DNA of 45,460 nucleotides, from the NCBI GenBank assembly GCA_001642005.1, contig LWCA01000165.1, positions 1 through 45,460 on the forward strand. Direction: 5' to 3'. A program made the translations under genes and the position numbers. Position 1 is the stretch's first letter; each line of letters begins with the position of its first letter. Below, one piece after another: positions 11,261 through 24,200 of this stretch. The notes below the pieces were generated by a model. The model made no database searches and was not told the origin of the DNA. It was given only the letters and a program-made list of their open reading frames with translations. Source of the stretch: Intoshia linei (Eukaryota; Animalia; Orthonectida).

Positions 11261-11651
11261 CTTTGACATTGAGAAAGTTTAAGTGTATTTTGAGAAAGTA
11301 GATAAAGTCGAAAATGTAACTTTTTGATAAAAATATATTTGAAATTGTCTTTGAAAACCATCTGATTTAAAATTTTTCAATTTGACGTAATATGGTATAT
11401 TGTATTGCACAATAAAGCAACCACAAAATTTAAATTTCATCATTTTAATGATTTCATTTAATGAATCATTTTAAAAAAGATGTTCATTGGTCATAGGTTC
11501 GATTATAAAGATTCGAAATATTTCGCGTCTTAACAATGCCAACAGTTTAACATGGTTTAACTACACAAATAATAATGTAAATTTTGTATTGGCCCAAAGA
11601 GGTCGATATTTCTATTATTGCGAACCATTATAAAAGGATATATTGCATAAT

Positions 11652-11735
11652 CAGGGTCGGATCCAAGAAGTTAGTTAATGGAGTGCGAGCGAAGCAAACA
11701 ATATATTTAACTTCGCCGAAGGCGAAAACAATTTT
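11652..11735 (+). mobile_element. Probable DNA-transposon end immediately upstream of the ClpX pseudogene
   Basis: CAGGGTCGGATCCA start with GC-rich GCGAGCGAAGC and the hairpin TTCGCC-GAA-GGCGAA, standing out from AT-rich background. Confidence 0.4.
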
Positions 11736-11855
11736 AGGGGTCTCTTTTAATATCAAGTCGTCTAGTTTGGTTTTAAAGTGTCTCTTTTAATTTTATTTAA
11801 AGGTTTTTATACAATAGTTTCCAAATTTGTATTTTATTTCGCACAAATAAAAAAA

Positions 11856-12881
11856 ATGATCAGCACAAAAAAAAGCAATATCTTTAAATACTTAAACAAA
11901 CATGTGATTAGCAAAAAATACGCAAAAAAGGTACTTTCGGTCGCCATTTACAACCACTACAAGCGACTAAATTACAAATCCAATAGTTTAAACATTAGAG
12001 ACGTTGTTCAGAAAGCAAACTCAGACAGAAATATTCATTTGGACGATTAATAATCGTCAAATTACAGGAAATATGTTACCGATCAAAAAACTGTCAGCTA
12101 CGCCTACATTTATTATTCAAAATGATCAAGATTCGTTAAAGCGTGATAGTAAAAGTAAAGAAATTGATAGTATTGACAAATCAAACATTCTTTTAATGGG
12201 TTCAACTGGCTCACGAAAAACTCTATTGGCTAAAATTCTTGCAAAATATCTACAAGTACCTTTTGCCATTTGTGATTGTATTTCTCTAACTCAAGCCGGT
12301 TATGTTGTAGAGGACATAGAGAGTGTCGTAGGAAAATTACTTTTTAGTGCAGATTATGATGTGAATATGGCTGAAAAGAGAATCATATTTTTGGACGAAG
12401 TTGACAAAATTGGCAGCGTGCCCGGTTTTAAAGAGACGTTGGGGCGAGGGCGTTCAACAAGGTATGCTGAAAATTCTTGAAGGTACCAAAGTTTCGTTTC
12501 CAGAAAGGTCATTAAACAGAAAACATAAATCAGAAATGTATTGTTGTAGACACCACTAATGTTCTTTTTGTTGCTTCAGGGGCATTTAATGTATTAGATA
12601 ATATTATTGAACGAAGAAAAAATATTAAGAAATTTGGTTTTAACGATTCAAAATTGGAAAAAGAAAGCGACACTTTAAAGATTCTGAACGATTACAATAA
12701 ACTGTTAAAACATGTTGAGCCATCTGATGTAATGGAATTTGGAATGATTCCAGAATTTGTTGGCCGTTTTCCAATATTAGCACCAGTTTATTTATTAAAT
12801 ATTGACATGCTTGTCAAAATATTGGTTGAACCTGAAAATTCTTTAATAAATCGATACAAATCTCTTTTTAAATTATATAAA
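11856..12881 (+). pseudogene. CLPX: Mitochondrial ClpX AAA+ ATPase, frameshifted and truncated copy
   Basis: YLNKHVIS…[15 protein letters not shown]; [16 protein letters not shown] (broken Walker A); [10 protein letters not shown]; [13 protein letters not shown]; [18 protein letters not shown]; [14 protein letters not shown]; [12 protein letters not shown]. Four frameshifts (~12000-12050, 12432, 12443, ~12539). No zinc-finger N-terminus and no TGARGLR C-terminal exon seen. Confidence 0.88.
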
Positions 12882-13949
12882 GTATATACTTTATTAATGT
12901 AACTTCTACCTTTTTTAATATCTTGTGCAGTTAAACTACCCACTAAACATATTCAAACACCAAGGTTGGAAACATTTAAAAAAATTTAAAATTTTTCGTA
13001 TCAAATATTTTCAAAGGGTGACGCGCAATTTGTAGTGGAGAATAAGCCCAACTGTAATAATAATATGAAATACAAAAAATTGAGAACCACTAAATTGAAT
13101 TGGTTAATGTAATTAAAATATCATTTTTAATTAGTCTAATGTTTTCAATTTTAAAATTAATTAAATGTACCAATAAAAAATTTATTCTGACATGTGAATA
13201 AATTTATTCACAATAAATTGATTTTTATGAACAATTATAATGCTTCTCAGATTATCAATTTACTTTAATGATTTTTAATATTGACAAAAGCTACACTGTA
13301 GATGAAAATTATTAAGTCGTCTAGTGAAAGGGTGGTGAACTGGAGACCTTCTGAGATATCTATACAATCTTCAACTCTTTTTTTAAAAATGTTAAAAAAT
13401 TGAAACATACCGTAATATGAATTATAAAACCACCCAATTCAATTTTACTAATTGTACTTTGAGGTTTTAATCTTACCACTACCAAGTATTCTACTGCTAC
13501 TACAAGTAATTTACTACAGTACCTTTTTAGTCTTCACATCAATTTAATACAGACGCTATTTACATTACTGGTATATACATATACTAGTTTGAATGTTATG
13601 TACTACTACGTACAAACAAAACCTAGCTCTGCCAAGGGCACATTTTTATTCTACCAAAAAAATTAATTCACGTTGAAAATCTAACTTAAAAATCCCACTA
13701 TTTACTATTATCAATCATTTAAAGGAGTGGTTCCCAAACTTGTTTCAGGTGGAACCGTCATACCACATTAATTTTTACTTTAAAGTGAATTATTCCATCT
13801 TAATTTTTTTTGTTAACATTTGCGTAAAGAATTTTAAAAACAATTGTTATCACATTTTTTTAATTTATTAGGCAGAATGTGTGTATAATATTAAAAATAA
13901 AGTAAAAACAGTCCAATCCTAAAAATTGTCATAAATAGCATAAATTCCT

Positions 13950-14050
13950 AAAAAAAGGGTAATTTGTGGTTTTGTGGCCCTAAACATATATTTTTTAAAT
14001 TTATGATAATATTTATGATTTTAAAATCTGTATCAGAGTATATATTTTTA
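13950..14050 (-). repeat. Fragment of dispersed Helitron-like repeat family
   Basis: Reverse complement (CTGATACAGATTTTAAAATCATAAATATTATCATAAATTTAA…GGGCCACAAAACCACAAATTACC) closely matches 44160-44245. Confidence 0.7.
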
Positions 14051-15941
14051 TAATCAATCAAATATTACATAGCATATTATATACATGTAAGTAAGGATAT
14101 TTCAGAATACCAGCAGCGCATTGCAAAAACCAATATAACGTTGTTACGTTTACCAAAAAGCTATGTTAAAAAAGTCTTTAAATTTGTTGGAGATGCGGCA
14201 ATTAAAAATTTAAGATTTAAAGTCAAAAACGTTTCAATAGCCTAGATCTACAAATTACTACAAATTTACGTTAAATTTTTTCTAAATTTTCAAAATGTAA
14301 TTTTAAAGAGAGAATGGTTAGATTTTGATTAACATATTTATTATATTCATTTATCTACATTACAGGAAAACAACGTGATTCATATGAACCCTAGATCTAT
14401 AAAAATATTGAGATTATTGAGGGATCATGCAACTACTATTTTTTTATCTTTGTAAAGTAAAATTGTAATTGTATGCAAGGACAGCTTAAACCTTACACAA
14501 CATAAAATTTAAATGTTGTTTTTACTATTTTTTTTAAAAATATTTAAATTTTTCATTAAATAAGTCGAATTGTTAACGTGCCATAGGATAATATTTAAGC
14601 TAGACTGAGGTTTTATTAACATATAAATCAGAACCTTTAGAAAACAGTTAATTTTCTTACTATAAAAAGTATATTTCCGAAGAATATTTTGTCCATTTTC
14701 TAAATTTACAAAAATGGAATAAAAAAGTCTTTATTTTAATTTATCTACGCATTGATCCAAAAAATATATAAATGGCATCGATGCATTGCTCGAGTAATAT
14801 AATAGCGGATATTATTGGAAAATATACAATTTATAAAAAAGAGTCTCGTGATGGGAATCCTATTCATAATTTCCTGGCATCATAATTATGGGAATTTAAT
14901 TGTATAATGTAAAAATATTTATCTCGTCGCGATGAACGAGAGTCATCTCAGATGACCGATGCATCAGTCAAAACTTTGTCAATTTAAAATCTGCTGTAAC
15001 TGCAAGATTTTAATAAATATAAACAAAACAATAAAATTATAAAATTAAAACTAATTTTATTATGACCCCGACGGATTAATACTTTTTATACAGAACATTA
15101 CAATGTGATAATTCCAGTATAGGAATTTTTGTCATGTAATGTAAATTTTAAATTTGTATCACTTAAATTCACCTTGGTTAACATTTTCTTACATAAAGGG
15201 TAATTTCACACTAATGAAAAATATCTAATGTTTACAGTATTTAATGAATAACTAGCTACCTAAAATGTTTCGTCATATTTTAAAGTTAATTTAGTTAGAA
15301 TTTTTTAGTTCAATTTAAGTTTAATATTAATACCTAAATTTATATTAGTTTATCCCTAAAACTAGTTTAAAATATACCATTATTTTCAGCAAATATAAGA
15401 ATCACCAACATTTAATCAAACAAGATAAAAATGAATATTAAGTAGTACATTGACATGTTTGCTTTTTAATATTACATGAATATAGCAGGGATGATTAAGT
15501 TGTCTTCTAATCATCTAATAAGACCCAAATATAATTTTTTTTAAGGTAAAAGTGCCGCTCTATTGTAGATTAATTTCAATATTTAAAAAATCTATACAAC
15601 GTAAAAAATATTCTACCTAATCCAGTATCCGGTTTTGTTGTACGATTTTTGGTTAGGGTTGTACGAGTGCATTGACTTATTAAGGTACAGTCGTATTCGC
15701 GGTGAATAACACTTATTGCAACTTAATTATTCAACATTTTGCAAATATGGAATAATTAAAATGCCTATAATTTAACAAAATACAATCAGGCCTCTTAATA
15801 CCGTCACTATATTATCATTATTTTATTAATGACTGCCTATTTCAAATGTTCCCAAACAGTGCACCGCGATGGTTTTAAAATTTTATAACACAACATTTCC
15901 ACCTTGAGATAAGTGTAATTATTACCGAGTAACCATTGGAA

Positions 15942-16351
15942 CAGTGATTCTTAGCCTGTGCGCCATGAGTAGTGTTAAGGTGCACTTTTTAGACACTTTA
16001 TAATAAAAAAAATGTTTTTTTATTTATTATTTAAAAAATTTTTTATAAATTAAGTTTTACATTGACAATTCTCTGATGAACATTTTTTAATGTACTATTG
16101 AATATAATAATGTATTTATGTTTAATAATATGATCAAAACCTTAAATATGAATACATTGCATCATACACCAAAAGTTGTTTACTAAATTTAAGTTAACCA
16201 AATAAAAGTATTTTTTTATTATTATCATGATTTTAAATTTTAATATTTTCGAATATCAATGTGCTTTTTCTTATCAAAATTTAAGGTGCACCCAAAATTT
16301 GTATGTATTTCACAAGTGTTCCCTGAAGTAAAAAAAAATTAAAAAGCAGTG
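15942..16351. mobile_element. Degenerate hAT-type MITE, ~410 bp
   Basis: Left CAGTGATTCTTAGCC, right …AAAAAGCAGTG; flanks CATTGGAA and AATTGGAG (6/8). Subterminal AAGGTGCAC occurs twice. A related left end is at 41037. Confidence 0.55.
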
Positions 16352-16539
16352 AATTGGAGTGATGTTTTTGAAAACAATTTAACATAATGACTACTAATAC
16401 TCCATGATAAAGTTCCATATTGTCTTTACATCATTAATCATCACTGCTTGAAATCTTAACCTACAATCAGTTTTCAAGAATTTGACATAAAAGTGATTAA
16501 ATAGAATAAAGTTGAGAATTCAAGATTTTATAAACTGTC

Positions 16540-17522
16540 AATCTAGAATGTAGTTCCAAGAATGTAGGTATCGTAATTAATTATTATTATTTAATAAATA
16601 CGATAGTGTATAATACAACAATGTAATCCCATTTAATATGAACGATTCAGAAAGGTACATTAATACTAATGTTAACAAATATCGAATGTCTCGCCCAGAT
16701 TATTTTTTTAAATGGAAAAAAACGAATTCGTTTTTGAACCAATTATGCAAATTCTACGTGTATTGTATTCATGATACAAACTTACAACGCGGGTATTAAT
16801 ACATTGACATTATTAAAAGGTATCAAAAGCATACAAAATAAAATTGACTAAATGATATAAGAATTTTGATAGTTAACACATATACATTACCTTTTAAAAA
16901 GCGGTAAAAATTCAATTAACAAAATAACTCTAAAAGATAAAAATATAAGACATGCGTATATAATAAATGATACAATTCCGCTGAATTAGTTATTTGATTA
17001 AAAATCAATAGAAATTCAAGGACACTATTTAAAACTTAAAGCAGCGTCGAATTAAAGTAAACTTTTAAAAATAATATTGGATCCAATATTAATAAATTGT
17101 TGAATTTGTGGTTCAAAAAAATTTGAAGCAAGCAGAGTTAAGTTTAAAAAGGTAGAAATATAAAATTATTATAAAAATAAAAATTACTTGTTCAACTAGG
17201 GTTGATATCAAATTGAATTGTCTATAATTAAAATTAAATCATATAAAAAGTAATAAAGATAAAAAATACATTAATCGGAACAAACAAGAAAATTGTTTCT
17301 GAAACGAATAATAGAATGCAAGAAAATGTAAAAATATGGCGGTGAATGTATTGTTTTGTTGTACTGAGCCATATTACTTAATTTTGTTTATTCCATTTCT
17401 AAGAGTACCTTTCAAACACCCAAATCAAATTAGATGAAGCATTGTTAAAATCAGAAAAATCTTACATATTTAAATTCCTGTTTAAATGACATTGCAACTT
17501 TTTATGCATTGAATGCACCTTA
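16540..17522 (+). mobile_element. Heavily decayed Penelope-like retroelement remnant (RT plus GIY-YIG)
   Basis: Broken frames give, in the expected order, LAQII/MEKNE, KFYVYCIHDT (cf. FYxRYVDDT), KIKLTK…TLPF, IVY…KIK…KKYI/EQTRKLFLKRIIE and LLKSEKSYIFK…CLND. Many stops; judged by eye only. Confidence 0.35.
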
Positions 17523-18271
17523 AATTAATTATAAATGTAAGCTTCAATTCAATTAAACGACACCTTTAACTAGTTCTACGCAGAAAAAATCACAAAACTA
17601 GTGTTTCAACATTTCTCATTAAATCCACAATTAGACATTCGAAAAACCACCATTAAAAAATTTGAACCCAGACGGCAACTTAAACAAAACAGTCTTAACC
17701 ATCAAACAAAATTACCTCAATTGGGATACTTGAATTAGAAATATTAATCAAATGCAGTAGGAATGTGAATAAATAAATTGACTTTTATTCCTAAGACAGA
17801 TGTGAGTGTATTTGTAAAGCAGTTTTAATTTTTTCCTAAAACAGACTAAATGACGACAAAATGTTTCATTAACATGTAATTACTCAGTACTATATAATTT
17901 TGAATAAAAATTATCACACCAACACGATGGTTTTTCAATATTTGCAATTAAGCTGTCAATTTCCATTTTTCAATAATTATCAAATGGTAGTGCATAATTA
18001 TAATCTTGTTCAATAAATTATATAACCATTTGTATATATTACAAAAACTACCTAATACGTTATTAAAAGATGTATTTCATATTCGAAAATTTCAAACTTG
18101 TAATCATTCTCGTGAAATGAAATATATTTAACGACCCAAAAAGTTAAACCAACAAGTATCATATATGTATATCATCTATCAAGTATCGAAATTATAGTGT
18201 GAAATTTACTCCAATTCGTTAAATGTACATAAAACAAGTGTTTATTTGTTGAAATTATTTTGTTACATTAA

Positions 18272-21200
18272 TTAATCTTCATAATCTGAATCAGAGCTTT
18301 GTGAACTTAACAAATTAATTTTCAAAACTTTTTTGATTGACAAGAATTTTTCAAAATCTTTAAAGGAAGGAACTGTGTTGTGCCAATTTGATAGTGATAT
18401 ACTTTTGTCAATCATTTCACCATTTTTATAGAAAAATAATGTCGGCAGGTTGTTTTTTCGGTAGTTTTCGATTGTAGAATCCGAGTTACCAATCACAAAC
18501 TGTTTAATACATTATTATTTAGGTTATTAATTTAATATTTTAAAATTATAATTAATTCATAATTTAGTAGAATAAAGTCTTTTATACAATAATTCATTTA
18601 TTATAATGTTATTTATAGATATTTGTAAATGATAAGTCATTTTTATTGAAATACAAATCTTAATATTGATTTCGTTAAAACTAGCATAAGTTTTACGATA
18701 TTTACAAAAAATTGGTAACATGCAAAATATAAAACAATTTTTCCAATTGACAGAAACTTAAAGTTAAAACTTAAACTTATTAGTTTAGTTGTATGTAACT
18801 ACAGAAATGACAGGTATTAATATTTAAATATTAATTAATCCTTTAACTACGAGATATATTTTTAAATTTTTTTTAGAATGTAAAAATTATAATTCATATT
18901 TGCATATTATCTTATTCTTAAGCAGAAATTTTTTTCAGTGATATAATACAGACTTACATGTAAATATATAAAACCTTAAACAATAATATTCTTGTAAATA
19001 ACATAAAAAATATATCCTAAAACACAATAAAACAAATTTTACATTAATCTGGAGGGCACCCGAAAATAAAAATTTTGCGAAAACGATGGAGTGTCATATA
19101 ATGTGATAATTATGACATAGCTCCTAGTCACCTGTCCAAGATTATTAGCTTGACATTTTAATTTTTTTACTGCTCAATTTAGAAATATGGGCCGCATTTT
19201 AAAAAACTTAGTCTAATTCTCATGAAGAATGTCTCGGTACGGTAGGTTTGCCTCTGCATGTAATCCTCATTTAAAAATATACTAATGTAATAGTGTTATG
19301 TACGTCTGAGTTATTTAAATTATTGTCGAAGCAGCGGAATGAATAATTATCTAGTAAAAAATATCTTCAAATTGGGAAAATTTGTGGCCAAACAAATATT
19401 TTCAGATTAAATCAAAATGTAAATCAAAACATACACAAAAACTAATAATTGAAAATTTTTAATCAGTCTCATTGAATTGTAGATCCCATTAAGGAAGATT
19501 GTTTACACGACACTGTAAATATTCATTATTTATTATGATTGAAAAATAAAAAAATAATTTTTTTTTGCAAAGTAAATTGACTAATTAAGTGTAAATTCAT
19601 TTTTTAAATACATAATAAAATATTCCATTTTGAAATCATTATTCAAATATGTAATTACTTTTTAAATAAAAATGCTTTTTTGATTTTAAGCATTTATCTA
19701 AAAAAATGAAATAGTTAAATTTTTAACACCCTCAAAAATGTTTAATCTAGTTTTTGGGGTTAATTATGGGAAATTCAAACATCATTAAAAACTAAAATAA
19801 ATAGGTTAGAAATAAATTTATAAAAACAAAATGGCCCACAAAGCATAATCAACCCATCAAAGGAATTACCAACATAATAATCCATAGAAAATAAATTAAA
19901 GCCGATTATACATAAAATAAAATTATATTTTAAATTTTGTTATTTTAAGAGCCTTCAAAATGTGTGTATCCACTGATGTATTTTGAAATATCAAGGATAT
20001 TATTATGTTTTCCAACATCTTACATAAATTAACGAACATAAAACCAAGAATTAACAAGTTTTTACCTAATCCCCAGGTGAAAGAATCACAAATAAATAAA
20101 AATTAAATATCTTTTTTCTATTATTATTTATTTTATAAAAATTATAGTTCATTCTATCATAGGATGCGCTCATTTAGAAATTTATGAATTATGATGGAAT
20201 AGGCGTTGGTTTAAAAACGTTAAGAACCCATAGTATATATTATATACAATGGTCAGTTTAATCAGATTTTTGTATTTATTGTACAGAAAAACCTTTCCCC
20301 AAACCTTTTTTTCCCCCAACAAGTATGTATAATTATTTAATATAATATAATATATTTCCATAACAGTAAGTATAGTTTACTTACATAATAATTTTTTCAT
20401 TTTTAAATAACGTTAATAATTTTTTAATTGCTTCCAAGTTTTGAGAAACGATGCATTATATTAACATTAAATAATAAAAAAACCTTAACATGAGGATATT
20501 TTTCTACCAATAATTTAAAATATTCATTAAATGTTGTGCAAGCTCTTATGCTAGATAAAAATAATCAATTAACATTAATAAAACTCATACATTTTTAACA
20601 ATGATTTAAAATATAAATATAAAGGCCACATACTAAAATGTGTATTCTAGTAATTTTAGAAAAAACCCAATTTTCCTTTTTAAAATAATTAAATCTGCCC
20701 TAAAATTTAAAAACATACTTTATGGATGCATTGGAAATTAGTTAACATTGTCTGTAAATCTCAACCTCAGAAATTTACATCTTCATGGTAAAAACCCCAA
20801 ATTACCCTTTGTTTTAACTATAAATGGTCTTAAAATTTTATAAAACATAAATTCTGGGACAGCTAAATCAAAATAGTCCTATAGTTTTAATAAAAATTAC
20901 AGCTGATACACTCAAAAAATTTCAATCTGACAAATTGACGTCTTCACTGTCAAAAAAAATACTTGATTATTCATTTTTTTTATTTAGAAATTATTTTATT
21001 AACAAAAAATTTCAAATAATTAATGATCCTAGAATTAAAAAAAGAAAGAAAACATTATTCTGATACAGCTTATTCCATTTGATATAGATTCAAAATTTCA
21101 ACCCAGAAATCTACGCATTCCCGGCGAAAACTAACTTAAAGTCAGGCAGCCTCAGGCTAGTCTAGAATAAAACAATATTTACATTATTAGTTGTCCTTTT

Positions 21201-24200
21201 TGTAATCATTAAATGAAACGTTTTACCTCATTCCCTTCCAAGAAGCCTTGATGGTATATTTTCTACCATATATCTGGCTTCTTAATCTAGGAAACGATAC
21301 ATTTTTTGAGAAATCTTATACATATTCTGCATAAAAATCAAAATTATAATAAATAAAAAAAATGAAAAAGGAAAATTTTAAAAAAATAAAAGGTAATTTC
21401 CATTAAATTGAAGTTATTCTTTCATAAACAAAAACTATTAAAAATTGAAATGTAAAACACCAAAAAGTAGAGCCATTGAACAGAATTACAAAATTGAATA
21501 AATAGTACTGACCTGTCATCATAGACATGAACCACAACATTAACATCCTTGGGAGCTTGGTTGATTTCAGAAACATACGTATCCTTGGTAATTTCGTAAA
21601 CTTTGGTAAAAATTAAACGATTAGTTTTGCTTCTTAATTCCTTCATCCGTTGTTCCCTACAGTCACATGTAGAAATTGTAAAATGTAAATATATAAAAAA
21701 CCTAACATGATATATCATACTCGAGACCCATAAAAAAATTATCTAGCAAAATCTACCAAAAGAAATCTCGGATATATTAAGTTCGGTCTGTCTTCAAAAT
21801 CGAATAAACTGAAAAAATATAAATTATTGAAAAATAATCGAGTAAATTGTGTATTTTTATTTTGACGCGACATAATATGATTAACCGCAAGGTTACAAGT
21901 TTAGAAATTATAATCTAAGTAATCCTTAATCCAACATTAAATTTTTTTACCCATACCAAAATTAGCTATAAATATAAATACGTGTATAGAAAATTGTGGA
22001 TATTGTGAATAACTATAAATGTACAAAGTCTGTCAAAAATGAAGCATCCATTTTAAAATAATAAAATATTTTATTTTACAGTAACAAATATCAAAACACA
22101 TAATTATACAAATATAGTGTTATACATATTTCGCCAATTTCCACTTCACATCAAGTTACAATGTACGTGGAAAATTATTAAAAAAAATTGATATTGACAA
22201 TTAAATTATATTCATAACTTTAGTAAACCAAGATTTTTTTACTTTTATATCACAGATGGTAGATAGGGGAGATAAAACCGAATGCGAACTGTGTTTTCGT
22301 TCTATCGTTTTTTGAAATTACAATAAAAAATTTATTTTTTTTTAAATTTTGAAAGACGGAAAAGTATAAAATAGTGGTAGGGTATTCATTGATTTCAGCC
22401 GATTAGAGAAAAACTTCAAAATTTTCAACTCTATGGAGCTAAAAACCGATATAAATTATTTATTTATTTCTATAATTAAAATTCGCAGTTGATAAGCGAA
22501 GGGTTTCCAAATTATTATAAGTCAAGTTATAATATTGGTCGATTTTTCGCGAATTTTATGTTTTAAAAAAATACCCCTTCAACTAAGAATTTCCCATGAC
22601 ATCAGAAAATTTTTGTATATGGAAAAAAATAATTAATATTAACATTATAAATTCAAAATCGTTGCAGCACCTAGCGCGTCACATTAAAATGTCCCGCTTT
22701 TACCGCTTTAAAATATGTTGTAAAACAAAGACCATAATGCAAGTTATACAGTATAGCGTTGATAAATTATTTTTACCGATACATTAGATAAAATTTTTCA
22801 TCATCATCACAAATGTTGTCCTCAATTTCATTTAATTCTTTAAAATTCATCTTGTCCATTTTTTTAGCTGAATTTAAAAAATATATAAAATCTCATACAG
22901 CGGTTCCCCACTTTCCATTAGGCGTGATATAATTGAATACCGTGGTAAAGTACACTGGTATATAAAGGTTAAAATGTTTTCTCAATATTTAGTAAATTTT
23001 TATCAATTTTTGTACTAATACTTACGTGTTAACTATGAATAAAAAATATACGAAAAAAACTAAACTAAACTAAAATTTAAACAATCTGGACTCAAAATTG
23101 AAATGAATAGAACCCGACCTCGCATGTTGAAAGTTCTTTACATGGCACTAGTAACATTATTCTCATTCTGTCCTGTAACACGCTCCAATATAAAATAAAA
23201 ACTACGGATCGGATCGGATCAAATTTCCAAAAAGCTAAAATTATTTAATTTGTACGTTAGCTAGTACGACGAAATGCAGTGCATCATCATGAATTTGTCC
23301 TTTTTATTCAAAAAAGTAGTTAAATATTATATTGCCAGCTATTCTGCGTGTAAACTATCACTATAAGCCCTGGGGTTCTGAAAGTTTTTTCATTTTGGTA
23401 CACCTTAATTTTATTAAACATAAATGTGAATAAAATCTAATTTTTTAGTTATAACAAAAAAGTGGTAATCTGAGTTTCGATTGTGAAAGTACAGTTTTTT
23501 GGGATGCGATTTATACTATCACATAATTATTTTTTATAAAATTTTAGGACTTTTTATGTGACTTCATAAAAATATTTTTATGCATATATAAATTTCGGAA
23601 AATGAAATTTTCTATATTGCATCACTCTTGAAAACCTGTATTAGAAATTTTGAATTTCAGCACAGTTCATTTGTAAAATAAACAATAACAAAAACACACG
23701 CCATCATTCAATTTAAAATAATATAGTTGTAAAGCAGTGGTTTTCAAATTTCAAAAGATTTATTTTTTTAGAGCCCACAAGAAATATGAAGTATATAACT
23801 TATGAAAAAATTAAAGGTTTTTTCTAACAATATTTGTTAAAATCGTTTTTTCAAAAAAATATTGGAAAAAAATGATATTTTCTATAATGCAGGTTGGTAA
23901 AATTTGATTTTTTATTTTGGTTTTTGGATTAAGAAGTTGTTAATCATATGATTTGGTCAAATCTGATTTTTCAAAAAAATAATGGAAAAAGTGGATTTTT
24001 CCATTAAATTAGGTTAGTAAAATTGGATTTTTTGTTGTGGGTTTTGGATTAACAATTGTTGCTCATAAGATTTGGTAAAATCGGATATTTACAAAATTAT
24101 ATAGACAAAAGTTGATGAAATTTTTTTATATTTTATTTGAATTTCACGGAGCCCCAGGACACCTAATCGGGAACCACTGCTGTAAATTGATATATATTTA

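Noticed and set aside
11778-12902. ClpX as bacterial horizontal transfer or programmed frameshifting
   Set aside because: Motifs (FAICDC, KIGSVPG) match the metazoan mitochondrial form; four shifts plus Walker A damage indicate decay.
11178-13092. A single Pack-type hAT element enclosing ClpX
   Set aside because: The two ends have different TIR sequences and non-matching flanks (CCCTAGAG versus AATTGAAT).
17072-17091. Perfect 20-bp palindrome TAATATTGGATCCAATATTA
   Set aside because: Mostly A/T; one such palindrome is not surprising in 45 kb of this composition.
22235-22700. Possible DINE/Helentron-like repeat in PDCL3 intron 3
   Set aside because: Only a general resemblance; no second copy or defined termini in the window.
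23100-23225. B-box-like GGGTTCTATTC (minus strand) and (GGATC)3; also GGTTCGATT at ~37221
   Set aside because: No cloverleaf or convincing A box; cannot support a tRNA or SINE call.
23846-24090. Repeat array as a possible CRISPR
   Set aside because: Contiguous degenerate 120-bp units without unique spacers, no cas genes, eukaryotic intron context.
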